Shown here: positions 1 through 11,060 of the stretch, in pieces | Layout: each line of letters starts with the position of its first letter | Numbering within the stretch: the stretch's first letter is position 1 | Assembly: GCA_036388595.1 (NCBI GenBank) | Contig: DASVRN010000110.1 | Location: 8,953 to 72,952, forward strand | Source: Chloroflexia bacterium | GTDB lineage: Bacteria; Chloroflexota; Chloroflexia; QHBQ01; JADMIH01 | Length of the DNA stretch: 64,000 bases | Direction of reading: 5' to 3' | Position numbers and translations under genes: made by a program | Notes under the pieces: generated by a model | Databases searched by the model: none | Seen by the model: only the letters and a program-made list of their open reading frames with translations | Told to the model about the DNA's origin: nothing

Positions 1-750
1 ACGGTGCTTTACGCAAACGTCGGGCGAATCTTCCCTTTCCTGCTGGACGCGATCTCCTATACTCTCTCGGTTTTCGCCCTGTTATTCGTGCGGACCAATT
101 TCAAGAGGGAGCCTGTGCTTAAGAAGCGTCACCTGGGGCGCGAGATCAAAGAGGGCGTGGCCTGGCTGTGGAACCAGCCTCTGGTGCGGTTCATGTCGTT
201 CCTGACCGGCGGCCTCAACTTCGCCAATGCCGCGTTGACCCTCATCATCCTCGCCAAGGTTAAAGAGCTAAATATACCTGAGGAGCAACTGGGTATCATC
301 TTCAGCATCGCGGCCGTGGGCGGCATAGTCGGCTCCATCGTGGGGGGCAAGATCGGCAAGCAGCTCAAGTTCGGACCGGCGATTATCACCCTCACCTGGC
401 TTCAGACGCTGCTCTTTCCCTTCTACGCCCTGGCACCCAACCTGGTGGTGCTGGGCATCATCTCCGCGTTAATGTTCGTGCTCGCCCCTATCTATAACGT
501 CGTGCAGTTCAGCTACCGCCTCGCACTCATTCCCGACGAGCTACAGGGCCGCGTCAACAGTTCCTTCCGAATGATCGCGTACGGCTTCATGCCGCTGGGA
601 CAGACGCTGGTGGGCTTCCTGCTCGTCTGGTTCAGCATCACCACGTCGGTGCTGGTGGTGACCGCATGGCTGGTGGTCTTCGCCATCCTCGCCACTATCA
701 ACTCGCACGTGCGCAATGCGAAGCAGATCGAGCAGGTGGCCGGAGGTTAG
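1..750 (+). CDS. MFS transporter, C-terminal portion (5' end lies outside the window)
   Basis: ORF 4..750 runs in frame from the window edge. It encodes multiple hydrophobic TM helices with MFS-like loop motifs and has no start codon inside the window. Confidence 0.6.
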   Translation, partial: TVLYANVGRIFPFLLDAISYTLSVFALLFVRTNFKREPVLKKRHLGREIKEGVAWLWNQPLVRFMSFLTGGLNFANAALTLIILAKVKELNIPEEQLGIIFSIAAVGGIVGSIVGGKIGKQLKFGPAIITLTWLQTLLFPFYALAPNLVVLGIISALMFVLAPIYNVVQFSYRLALIPDELQGRVNSSFRMIAYGFMPLGQTLVGFLLVWFSITTSVLVVTAWLVVFAILATINSHVRNAKQIEQVAGG

Positions 751-771
751 CGGGGTGGGAAGCCTGGGAGG

Positions 772-1080
772 CTAAGGGGCATCGTCGTAATCGCGCAGGT
801 CATGCAGCGGTTGGGTCATCAGGTGCGTTTCTTCCTGTTCCAGCAAGCGCTCGATCCGTTGGACCTCTTCCTCGAGCTTCAGGATAAGCTCGGTTCGGGT
901 TGGGGTGCCCGCCGTTACGGCCTTGAACCGCGCCACCAAAGCCCGCATGCGCGCCTCGCTAGCCATCAGGCGCAACCGCCCGGCCTCGTCGGTGGTGGGT
1001 TCGGCTTGCAGCCTGTGGAGTTCGTCAAAGGCCTGGCTCAGCGCGCTACGTATCTTCCAGAGCTTGTCGAAGTCGAACAT
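772..1080 (-). CDS. hypothetical alpha-helical/coiled-coil protein encoded downstream of an XRE regulator
   Basis: 102-aa ORF 37 bp downstream of, and co-oriented with, the 1117..1383 gene. The sequence is charged and helical with no recognisable family. Confidence 0.35.
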   Translation of the reverse strand: MFDFDKLWKIRSALSQAFDELHRLQAEPTTDEAGRLRLMASEARMRALVARFKAVTAGTPTRTELILKLEEEVQRIERLLEQEETHLMTQPLHDLRDYDDAP

Positions 1081-1116
1081 GGGTCTCTATTCCAATTGCA
1101 GGCCGTGACATTAATT

Positions 1117-1383
1117 TCACGAGCTGACAGTAGCGGTGTCTTTCTTGTTGTGATGCCCGGCGCGGTGCTCGGCCAGCACGTCCAGCACCTCGTTCCTTAA
1201 CTCGCCGAACTCCCGTACTACACCCGCGAGCAGGCTGATGCCGACAGGGACATCCCCCTGCCGCGTCATAATCCACAATGCTTTGCTGATACCCAGCTTG
1301 CTGGCGAAGGCCCGGTCGCTCATGCGGAGCGTGCGCTGTTGATTGACGAGCGCGTCCAATAGCACAGTAGTAGCGGTACCCAT
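1117..1383 (-). CDS. XRE-family helix-turn-helix transcriptional regulator
   Basis: 88-aa protein with an HTH_XRE-like core (RTLRMSDRAFASKLGISKALWIMTRQG). Its ATG abuts a 15-bp inverted-repeat arm. Confidence 0.6.
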   Translation of the reverse strand: MGTATTVLLDALVNQQRTLRMSDRAFASKLGISKALWIMTRQGDVPVGISLLAGVVREFGELRNEVLDVLAEHRAGHHNKKDTATVSS

Positions 1384-1481
1384 GTCAATATTCTAACCAG
1401 TACGGCAATCGCTTGTCAACATCCTGACCGGGGCCGCAACCGCTTATTGGAAAACCTGGAATTATCGGTTAGAATATTGAC
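1384..1481. promoter_or_regulatory. mirror-symmetric divergent promoter/operator region containing a perfect 15-bp inverted repeat, GTCAATATTCTAACC at 1384-1398 and GGTTAGAATATTGAC at 1467-1481
   Basis: Each repeat arm sits directly against the ATG of one of the two divergent XRE genes. Each arm contains a TAGAAT -10-like hexamer 6-7 nt before the ATG, which implies leaderless transcripts. TTGACA (rc of 1414-1419) and TTGGAA -35-like hexamers lie 17-18 nt upstream. Confidence 0.5.
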
Positions 1482-1482
1482 C

Positions 1483-1941
1483 ATGCAAGGCGATACAATC
1501 GGGGCGCGAGTAAAACGGATACGGACGCAAAAGCGTTGGTCGATGCACCAGTTGGCGGAGAGGATAGGGACCACCCATTCCTACATCAGCCAGCTTGAGC
1601 ACGACCGCATCCGGCCAGGCATAGACCTGGTGACACGGCTGGCCGAGGTGTTCGAGGTATCCATTGACCACCTGGTGGGGCGAGGGGAGACTGGCAGTGG
1701 CGTCGCTGTGGGCAACGTCCTGTCAGAGGGGCGCGTTGATTACCAGGCTGGGGAAGGTGAGCGCGCAGGCACGTCCGGCGCAAGCACTGAGTATCCGCTA
1801 CTCACCGAAATCCAGGCCGATCTCCTGGCGATTGCCGCCCACGACCCCGGTGCTTTGGAGTACATCGCCTCGATGATACGGGCGATCAAAGACAAAGCTG
1901 TAAAGGACCACCAGGCACAACCAGGCACCGAAGGCGACTAA
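1483..1941 (+). CDS. XRE-family HTH transcriptional regulator with a C-terminal extension
   Basis: The N-terminus MQGDTIGARVKRIRTQKRWSMHQLAERIGTTHSYISQLE is a classic HTH_XRE. The start is called at ATG 1483 because the upstream ATG at 1447 would place the inverted repeat inside coding sequence. Confidence 0.6.
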   Translation: MQGDTIGARVKRIRTQKRWSMHQLAERIGTTHSYISQLEHDRIRPGIDLVTRLAEVFEVSIDHLVGRGETGSGVAVGNVLSEGRVDYQAGEGERAGTSGASTEYPLLTEIQADLLAIAAHDPGALEYIASMIRAIKDKAVKDHQAQPGTEGD

Positions 1942-2190
1942 GAAAGCAAGCCGCAGGTGCAAGACTACCGCAAAGCTGCACACAAGTGGAAAGGGGAGGA
2001 GCGGAACCATGTGGCCCGCTCCTCCCCCTTTCTGTTGCCTTATGACAGAAACCCTTTAGAAGCCGCAGCGCAACCCCATCCCCGCGCCACTTCCAACCCT
2101 CACCGCATCACGTTTCACGTTTCACGTTTCAGAACTTCCGTGCTACAAACAAGTGCAAAACCATGCACAATGTGGTATAATTACTGGTAG

Positions 2191-4146
<1,956 letters not shown>

Positions 4147-4160
4147 GTGGGGCCGCAACT

Positions 4161-4451
4161 ATGGACATTCGCGAGCGGGTAGATTCACTACGAGAGGAAA
4201 TCCTAGCGATAGCCACCCAACATGGCGCACGTAATGTGCGCCTTTTTGGTTCGGTAGCGCGCGGCGAAGCAAACACAGACAGCGATATAGATATATTGGT
4301 GGAGATGGAGCCTGGACGGAGTCTCCTTGACCTGAGTGGTTTGCTGCTCGACCTGGAGGATCTATTAGGCCGTTCGGTGGATGTAGTAACCGACGACAGT
4401 CTTCACTGGTACATCAAGGACAAAGTTCTGCGTGAGGCAGTGCCGCTGTGA
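4161..4451 (+). CDS. MntA-like minimal nucleotidyltransferase (type II/VII antitoxin of a HepT/MntA pair)
   Basis: 96-aa protein with a GS...DxD nucleotidyltransferase motif (GSVARGEANTDSDIDILVE). It overlaps the next gene by 4 bp. Confidence 0.8.
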   Translation: MDIRERVDSLREEILAIATQHGARNVRLFGSVARGEANTDSDIDILVEMEPGRSLLDLSGLLLDLEDLLGRSVDVVTDDSLHWYIKDKVLREAVPL

Positions 4452-4801
4452 GGGACGATAAGCTCTACCTGATACATATCAGTGAGTGCATAGAGCGTGT
4501 AGAGTCCTACGTGGCCGGTGGCAAGGCCGAGTTCATGTCTTCCTCTTTGATTCAAGATGCCGTTGCTCGCAACTTGCAAGTGATGGCCGAATCTACCCAA
4601 CGTCTGTCTGATGGTGCAAAGATGGCACACCCTGAGATCGACTGGCGCGAGATTGCTGGATTTCGTAATGTTCTGGTGCATGACTATCTTGATACGGATA
4701 GGGAAATCCTCTGGCAGGTGATAGAACGCGATCTACCACCCCTGAAGGCTGCGATGCATGCTATGCTTACTTCCGCACATGCAAATGGTCCTGCATCATG
4801 A
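4448..4801 (+). CDS. HepT-like HEPN (DUF86) toxin
   Basis: 117-aa protein with the HEPN Rx4-6H motif (FRNVLVHDY). It is translationally coupled to the upstream nucleotidyltransferase gene. Confidence 0.8.
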   Translation: MRDDKLYLIHISECIERVESYVAGGKAEFMSSSLIQDAVARNLQVMAESTQRLSDGAKMAHPEIDWREIAGFRNVLVHDYLDTDREILWQVIERDLPPLKAAMHAMLTSAHANGPAS

Positions 4802-4810
4802 CGATACTGA

Positions 4811-4908
4811 CCGACGAGACGTTCGACATGCTGATGGGCAACCAGGTCGCCCCCAGGAAGAAGTTCATCCAAACGCACGCTAAGAACGTGAGGAACTTGG
4901 ATATCTAA
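4811..4908 (+). repeat. 98-bp duplicate of the gyrB 3' terminus (copy of 4049-4146) ending in TAA
   Basis: Near-identical to gyrB codons [31 protein letters not shown]. The three differences are all synonymous. Together with the genuine gyrB end it brackets the MntA/HepT cassette. Confidence 0.9.
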
Positions 4909-4924
4909 GGGGATGTAAATTACC

Positions 4925-4988
4925 ACAGTTATTGAGGCTGGTACCATAATACTTGAGGGTGTACTTACCACAATAATTGAGGGTAAAG
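4925..4988. repeat. three tandem ~21-bp repeats (TTACCACAGTTATTGAGGCTG-like)
   Basis: Direct repeats visible between the duplicated gyrB end and the terminator. Confidence 0.5.
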
Positions 4989-4992
4989 TGAA

Positions 4993-5028
4993 AAGAGGTC
5001 CACATGAAATTGTGGACCTCTTTTCTTA
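4993..5028 (+). terminator. Rho-independent terminator (probably the original gyrB terminator)
   Basis: 12-bp stem AAGAGGTCCACA/TGTGGACCTCTT with a 6-nt loop, followed by TTTTCTT. Confidence 0.6.
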
Positions 5029-5318
5029 TAAACTGAAGTATTACCCCCAGCTCTTATGCAGTTTGTGAATGGCAGCAATCTTCAGATGAGCCATGGCTAT
5101 AGAGGGCGTGCTTGGACCGTTGCTCCTCTTCTGTCGCGAAGTTATTCTGAGCTATAATTCGGTAAGCGTGGGAAACTGCCTCACGTCACATGGCAGGTGC
5201 GGGGAACGAATGCCGAGGGTTCCGGTGCCGAAATGCTAGCCTAGGGACCACCCCTCCGTGCTGGTCTACACTATCTATGGGGTGAACGCCAAAGAATAGG
5301 CTGAGGTCCCTGAGAAGG

Positions 5319-6248
5319 CTAGCGCGAGCACCCCAAAGAGTCAGCACACCACACCTGAACCAGTATTAGGTTGTTTGGGAAGCCAAATGAGTTGATAACA
5401 AAGTCCGGGTCCGAAGGCACGCTGGTCTGCAACGAAAAAGCACCTGCTTCATCTGTGGTAAAGGTGCCGATGGATTGCAGGGTCGCGTTGGTCCCGGCAT
5501 TTTGCCACAGTACTTCCCCAGACGTGTTGGGGCGCAACCCGCTCCCCCACACGCGAATCTTCTGCCCTGGCGTAACTTCCGTTGATGATGCGAACGCGTG
5601 CACCTTGAATGTTGGAACGTTCGAGTCGGAGTCGCCCCACTCGCCGGACTTCTGTTGGGCGCTCGGTCTCAACTCATCCTGAAAAGTTGCCTCCTGGTTC
5701 TGGGCAGGAGGGTTCTCAACTCCAGTGATTGAGATAGATACTGAGAGCCTAAGCTGCCCATTAGCTCCCTTCGCTACACTACCCCTGTCGAAGGCCAGAA
5801 GTGCGCCTCCTTCTGAAGTGAGATTCATGCGACTCCCATCATCGCTCATCGTAATTGTATATATGAATTTGGGACTAGCGTATATGGCGGGGCTGTAATC
5901 GACCTCGACGCTATCCTGACCAAACCACCGCCAATGAGAGAGCAGGGGATCACCACCTCCCTGCACTATTACCATGGTCCCCGTCTCTTTGAATTCCACT
6001 GTGTCACCATACTTCATAAGGCCTAACGGGTAGTTGCTGGTGGTGTCTCGTGACGAAGTTTGACCTGAGTATGCCCACTTACCAACGAGCGACGGATGCG
6101 ATGCAGCCGAATCATTGTTGACGACCGGTGCCGCTATTGGTGGCGTGGACGCCGCCATCGGTGACGGCGTGGCCTCGACACCTCCACAACCTGACAAGCA
6201 CGCGAGGAACAGAGCGAGCGACAGCAGAATAGTAATAAACCGTTTCAT
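5319..6248 (-). CDS. secreted lipoprotein, function unknown
   Basis: The N-terminus MKRFITILLSLALFLACLSGCGG carries a lipobox. No family was recognised. Confidence 0.55.
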   Translation of the reverse strand: MKRFITILLSLALFLACLSGCGGVEATPSPMAASTPPIAAPVVNNDSAASHPSLVGKWAYSGQTSSRDTTSNYPLGLMKYGDTVEFKETGTMVIVQGGGDPLLSHWRWFGQDSVEVDYSPAIYASPKFIYTITMSDDGSRMNLTSEGGALLAFDRGSVAKGANGQLRLSVSISITGVENPPAQNQEATFQDELRPSAQQKSGEWGDSDSNVPTFKVHAFASSTEVTPGQKIRVWGSGLRPNTSGEVLWQNAGTNATLQSIGTFTTDEAGAFSLQTSVPSDPDFVINSFGFPNNLILVQVWCADSLGCSR

Positions 6249-6356
6249 CTGTAACCCTCCGGTGCAAGTAGATAGTAGTTTCGCCAGTCCGCCAATGGGT
6301 AGATCTCCCCGCAGTGTGCTTCCGCGGCGCTAATTTGTAATATATCCAAGGCTCGA

Positions 6357-6403
6357 CACGAGTACAGATACCTGCGTCATAGCTACAGGTATCTGTACTC
6401 GTG
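6357..6403. promoter_or_regulatory. perfect 18-bp palindrome (CACGAGTACAGATACCTG / CAGGTATCTGTACTCGTG) about 110 bp upstream of the lipoprotein gene
   Basis: Read directly from the sequence. No U-run follows the stem, so a terminator role is unlikely; an operator role is possible. Confidence 0.4.
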
Positions 6404-6999
6404 CCCGCATTATCCCACTGTGTGCTGAACGCGTCAAGCAGTATTTGCACTAAGCACTGGATTCAAGACCGCCTCGACATACCGTGCAGCATACACTGCA
6501 TTACGGCACAGGCTCTGTGAGGCGCTAGACAGGTAGCCCGCGACATGGTAAATACCCGCTACTCTTGATAGCGGCTGTGTCATCGGGTCTTTTCTTCTAC
6601 CTGGACCGCTGCCCGAGCTGCCACCGCTTCATAAATGTGCGAGGTTCCCATAATTTCTGCCCGTAGTGCCAGGGCCCATTGAGGCGGAAGGCTATAGGTC
6701 GGAAGCCGCCACAATCAGTTTAGTACCTACAATGCTTGAGAAGTTCATCCAGGCGCACGCCGCTTGCCTGCCCCGGACACCCCGGCAAATATTCACCTGA
6801 TATTCACCCGCATATACCGCCCCTACAACCCCCCTGCCGTAAATTGATATTGCCGGACAGAACAGTGACGCCAAACGACGCGAAGCAAATCACCTTCACA
6901 GTTTCACTGTTCTGCACAGGCCACACAAAGCTAATGCTTATTGCGTGCGGCGAGTTGTCAATCGAAACCAGGCAATGCAACACAGAGGAGAATAAAACA

Positions 7000-7605
7000 A
7001 TGACACGAGATCTTCGTTGGCGCATCATCAGCCTTCAAGTATTGATGATAGTAGTTTTGGGCTTTGGCGCAGGGGCCATGTTTTTCGCGAACAATTTCAC
7101 TAACAGCCAGATCAAGGGTCAGCTTGCCCCTCAGCAGATCTCCTTCCCTAAGGACGTAGAGCCTACCATAGCAGAGATCAACGCCAAGTACCCTGATCTG
7201 CAAGGCTACATCGCTGACCTGCGCAACTATCAGGGCCAGCCGGTCATGAGTGGCAACCAGGCTCATGTATTCGCCGAGGCATACCTTGGAGTTCACGTCC
7301 GCGACATCGACAACGGCAAGCCTTATTCCGTGCTGTCCAGCGAGGCTCGCGTCGAGAAGGACCCCGAGTTGAAGGCCAAGAAGGATGCGATGGTGCAGAC
7401 AGCCTTCCGCGGCGAGACGCTCAGGTCGATCTTGAACCAGGCATGGGCATTCTCGGTGATGGGCGACATCGCACTGTACCTGGCTCTTGGCCTGATAGCC
7501 GCCACGCTCCTGGTCACCGCCGCCCTCGTCTTCGAACTGTTCTTCGCACCGAAGCGTGAAACCCAGGCCGTGCGGCTAGGCTCACTCGCCACCAACCGGG
7601 CGTAA
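7000..7605 (+). CDS. small membrane protein (two TM helices), function unknown
   Basis: ATG at 7000 is preceded by GAGGAG. There is an N-terminal TM helix and a C-terminal TM helix. Confidence 0.5.
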   Translation: MTRDLRWRIISLQVLMIVVLGFGAGAMFFANNFTNSQIKGQLAPQQISFPKDVEPTIAEINAKYPDLQGYIADLRNYQGQPVMSGNQAHVFAEAYLGVHVRDIDNGKPYSVLSSEARVEKDPELKAKKDAMVQTAFRGETLRSILNQAWAFSVMGDIALYLALGLIAATLLVTAALVFELFFAPKRETQAVRLGSLATNRA

Positions 7606-7634
7606 GACAACCGCGTAATACAACTCGGCACCTG

Positions 7635-7685
7635 CAAAGACGAAGACCGCCCTAGCACTAAGCAGCCAGGGCGGCCTTCGTCTTT
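7635..7685 (+). terminator. candidate stem-loop terminator after the 7000..7605 gene
   Basis: 19-bp stem with one mismatch and a 13-nt loop. The T-tract is weak. Confidence 0.3.
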
Positions 7686-7804
7686 GTCTGCCCACCGGGA
7701 GTCGCATGTAACAAGGCGATTATACCTTTCGCAAACCCAAGGGGATGCAAGATATGAATAGCCCGCCTGAAAGGATGGGTCTGCCTATAAGAAAGTGCCC
7801 CAAG

Positions 7805-7840
7805 CATGTGGGGCATGTGGGGCATGTGGGGCATGTGGGG
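7805..7840. repeat. (CATGTGGGG)x4 tandem repeat
   Basis: Four exact 9-bp units. Confidence 0.8.
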
Positions 7841-7872
7841 CACCCGGCGTACCGGTAAACTCTCCAGCCTTC

Positions 7873-8313
7873 TTATACAGTCTGTTCTTCCAGGACCTGC
7901 TTCAACCTTTGCAAATGCGCTCCGTCCTCCTTCTTCAAAATGAGTGCAACCAGGGGAAGCATTAGCTTCTTGATCCCCGCGGCTTTGATTTTGCAAACCA
8001 GGTCAATGCGCGTGCCGTCCCTTTCAGGGTGTAGTTTGTACCGGTAGACCGTCTCGACCCCATCAGTCACGTTTCGCATGGCGTATAGCTTAGGCTCGGC
8101 GTATTCGCTCACTTCCAACTCGGCCTGCTGTTCTTTGCCGCCCATCAAGCGGGTCTCGCGGTAGCGGGTGCCCACCTTCGTAGCCCCTTCCGTCAGCTTG
8201 ACCGAGCTTTTTACCGAGGGGACAATTTTGGGGGCGTTCTTCGAGTCAGTAATAAACTCGAAAACGCGCTCTGGGGTGCAGGCGATCCACTCACTCTTTT
8301 GAAATCCAGACAT
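7873..8313 (-). CDS. SRPBCC-superfamily (polyketide cyclase/AHSA1-like) protein
   Basis: 146-aa protein starting MSGFQKSEWIACTPERVFEFITD. It sits adjacent to an AraC/GyrI-like regulator, as is typical for this family. Confidence 0.55.
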   Translation of the reverse strand: MSGFQKSEWIACTPERVFEFITDSKNAPKIVPSVKSSVKLTEGATKVGTRYRETRLMGGKEQQAELEVSEYAEPKLYAMRNVTDGVETVYRYKLHPERDGTRIDLVCKIKAAGIKKLMLPLVALILKKEDGAHLQRLKQVLEEQTV

Positions 8314-8332
8314 TTTAGTCTCCTCGATAAAG

Positions 8333-9289
8333 TTACCGTTCTTTGGTTTGTTTTTCCGTGTCGGCCGGCTCGATAGCCAGATAGACGTCCGTAAAATGGA
8401 TTCGGATGTCGTCCTTGACATGCGAATGACTGTAGACCTCGAAAGGTATTTGTTCTCGGAGCCGGTATTTGCCCGTCGTGACCAGCGAGTCATACACGTG
8501 CATGTACGTCTCTGCCAGGTTATCGAAAGAACCGTAATGCCTGCCCACCCCAAAGGTCCCCGCCGAAATCGTCTGGCAGCCAATGTGGCCCGAGGGGTTG
8601 CGGAATTCGGGGATCTGTACGCACACATCAAAGCGTTGCTTTTCAGGAGGTGTGACCGACGGGTCGTCCTGGGGCAGGCCGATTAGCAACGAAGCGGCGT
8701 CGATCAATTTGTTTTCATTCCCCCAGTGGAATAACTCATCCCAGAGCGGGGACATGGGAGAGCCTTTTTCCAGCAGCTTGTCATACGGGCCGACATGACG
8801 GACAAAAGCGACGATGATTGGGCGCACCTGTTCCACCCGGACTTGCGCGGAGGTGGAACGGTTCGGGAGCAAACCCGATTCACCCTGCATGTTGTAATCA
8901 GAGATATATTTGGGCTGCACATGTTTTTTGTGTTCGCGCGATATGCGGAGGAAATTACTGCGGAACTCACTCGGCGTAATGCCAAATTGCCTCTTGAATG
9001 CGCGTGTGAAGGATTCATGCGTCTTGAACCCGGCATCGAGCGCAATTTGCAGGACCGTCTGTTCGCTGACCTTCAGGCGATATGCGCCTCTTTCGATCCG
9101 CAGACGGCGGATATATTCCTTCACGGCTTCACCGATGGTCTCGCGAAATATGCGGTGAAAGTGAAAAGCGGAAAACCCGACACGTTCTGCCAGCACACCC
9201 AGACTTAAGTCCTGTTCGAGGTGAGTCTGGATGTACAGAAGGGTCGAGAGCAGCGCCTGCTCGTATTTTTGATTGGTCTTGAAGACCAA
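8333..9289 (-). CDS. AraC-family transcriptional regulator with a C-terminal GyrI-like effector-binding domain
   Basis: The N-terminal region has a double HTH_AraC signature (FHFHRIFRETIG; ESFTRAFKRQFGITPSEF). The C-terminal half is GyrI-like. Confidence 0.8.
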   Translation of the reverse strand: MVFKTNQKYEQALLSTLLYIQTHLEQDLSLGVLAERVGFSAFHFHRIFRETIGEAVKEYIRRLRIERGAYRLKVSEQTVLQIALDAGFKTHESFTRAFKRQFGITPSEFRSNFLRISREHKKHVQPKYISDYNMQGESGLLPNRSTSAQVRVEQVRPIIVAFVRHVGPYDKLLEKGSPMSPLWDELFHWGNENKLIDAASLLIGLPQDDPSVTPPEKQRFDVCVQIPEFRNPSGHIGCQTISAGTFGVGRHYGSFDNLAETYMHVYDSLVTTGKYRLREQIPFEVYSHSHVKDDIRIHFTDVYLAIEPADTEKQTKER

Positions 9290-9719
9290 TCTGCCTCTTG
9301 GCTCAAACTATACAACAAACACAGAGGCGCTTCTTGACTTTTCTTGCTATTGTTGGAAAGTAATTATATGTTTGAAAAACGAACGAGACGAAAGACGAGT
9401 TCACCCACGATGAATGGGGATTAACAGAGATAAGAAACGTTTCATCCTCGTTTATCTCCGTTCATCTTCGGCAGAAACAGGGGTGATGCCGCTTGTGGTC
9501 ACGGGCCGTTTGGATACACCAGACCGGGTAAGTGCCCATGCAACGTAAGTTACGACGAGCCACCTGCGCGGTACCCGGTACGCAGACGCTTGGAGGGGCA
9601 GCTTGGTCATTCAGGTGGCTTGCTCAGAAGCGGCATGAAGGAAGGTTCGGCATATAAACGGGTGAGAAAGAGAGTAATGGAGGGTAAGAGGATGAGTTAC
9701 GCAAGTTCTTCCTAATCGC

Positions 9720-10026
9720 CTGCTATCGTGGCGGAGCGGCTGACCAAGTTCTATGGCAGTTCTCATGCATCGAGGAACTGGATATCACGGTCTATGAAGG
9801 GGAGGTGCTTGGCTTCCTCGGCCCCAACGGCGCAGGCAAGACCACCACGATACGCGTGCTGATGGACCTCATCCGTCCTAACGCCGGTCATGCCCACATT
9901 TTCGGCAAGGACGTACCGCGCGGCGGCCGCATGTGGGAAGAGTCTACGGAGGGCGTGGGTAGCACCTTTAGTTTCGTGCCGGTCAGGGGCCGCGCGGGCG
10001 GCATTACGCACGCACAACCTGGTTAG
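9720..10026 (+). pseudogene. frameshifted fragment of an ABC-transporter ATP-binding protein
   Basis: An N-terminal piece ([10 protein letters not shown]) is in one frame and Walker A ([22 protein letters not shown]) is in another. The ORF then ends after about 70 aa with no Walker B or signature motif. Confidence 0.5.
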
Positions 10027-10027
10027 T

Positions 10028-10399
10028 CTACCAGTTCAGCGCGGGGGCTTGAAGAGGGCGGGTGCGATTACGCTGGCGGGTCTTGTAGTGCGCGAGGGCT
10101 GTAGAGTAGCGTCGCCATGCAGCATCTTTGTTTTGCAACAGGGCACTTGTGAGCGCATCCATATCCGGTGCTCCGGGGTCATGGTAGCGTGCCAGGTTAT
10201 CGGTGGTGGCTTCCAGGCGGCAGCGCGCCTCAGTGTAATCGAGGGCTGCATACACCAGCTCGGTGACGAGATCATACCCTCCACACCGGCGCAGCATATC
10301 CTCCACAAGATGATTGATGTAGTTGCGGTAGAGGACGGGGCTGTCCTCCAGGTAGGTCTCCAATAAGGAGACGTCTGTGTCTATTTGAGCGTGGGACAT
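10028..10399 (-). CDS. hypothetical protein
   Basis: 123-aa ORF with no recognised motifs. Confidence 0.4.
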   Translation of the reverse strand: MSHAQIDTDVSLLETYLEDSPVLYRNYINHLVEDMLRRCGGYDLVTELVYAALDYTEARCRLEATTDNLARYHDPGAPDMDALTSALLQNKDAAWRRYSTALAHYKTRQRNRTRPLQAPALNW

Positions 10400-10532
10400 G
10401 ATAATTCCTGTGCCGTTCTAGATTGATGGGCTAGATGATGTGCACCCAGGTAAATTATAGCCTCGTGGTTGGTGGCTGTGAATAGTACCCCGTGGTGTGC
10501 TGCCTCAGGCCAGAGGTACTATGGTTGTACGG

Positions 10533-10560
10533 GTAAAGAAAAGGCCCCAAAAGGGGCCTT
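10533..10560 (-). terminator. Rho-independent terminator for the BNR/MoaD-like gene pair
   Basis: On the minus strand: AAGGCCCC-TTTT-GGGGCCTT followed by TTCTTT. Confidence 0.55.
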
Positions 10561-10695
10561 GAATCAGGAGGAGAAAATTTGTCGTGGTGCCGCACACTTC
10601 TGCTGTCTCTATCTTAGACTAGTCCATAACACACGCACATAGGGCAAAGGTACTCAGTGCGACTCCTGGATGTACTACACTCGGACAACTCCCTG

Positions 10696-10989
10696 TTAGC
10701 CGCCGGACACAGCTTGTAGGATTTCGAGGCGATCTCCCGGCTGTAGAGGCACGTCGAGGTGCTGGAGCCAACGGGTGCTTTCTTCGTTGTAGAAGATGAG
10801 CACGTGCGGGCGCAACTGCGAAGTCTCGTCGTACAGGTGCACGCGCAGCAACGGGTAAGTCTCGCATAGCTTATCAAGCGCCTCGGCAAGGGTGCTCGCT
10901 TCAATATCGGTGGTGTTGCGGCCCCCGATGCAGTCGCTCAGTATCGTGGGGACGCGGACGTGGATGCTTGCGGTTGCTCTCTCCTGCAT
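10696..10989 (-). CDS. MoaD/ThiS-family sulfur-carrier-like protein (C-terminal GG)
   Basis: Ubiquitin-like beta-grasp pattern ending in ...LEILQAVSGG. The start is called at MQER; the ORF could extend to 11034. Confidence 0.55.
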   Translation of the reverse strand: MQERATASIHVRVPTILSDCIGGRNTTDIEASTLAEALDKLCETYPLLRVHLYDETSQLRPHVLIFYNEESTRWLQHLDVPLQPGDRLEILQAVSGG

Positions 10990-11060
10990 GTTGCTCCTGT
11001 TGACCGTCTGAGGCCGCTCAATCATCCAGGGCATCTTAGACGGCTTGACATCTTAGGTGT

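Noticed and set aside
4798-4908. A 37-codon ORF re-encoding the GyrB C-terminus after the TA cassette
   Set aside because: It is probably a by-product of the duplicated gyrB end. There is no RBS and no evidence that it is expressed; it is mentioned only in the gyrB finding.
6736-6999. An N-terminal extension of the 6736..7605 ORF
   Set aside because: The extension is Pro/His-rich with no RBS. The TM-containing protein starts convincingly at ATG 7000, after GAGGAG.
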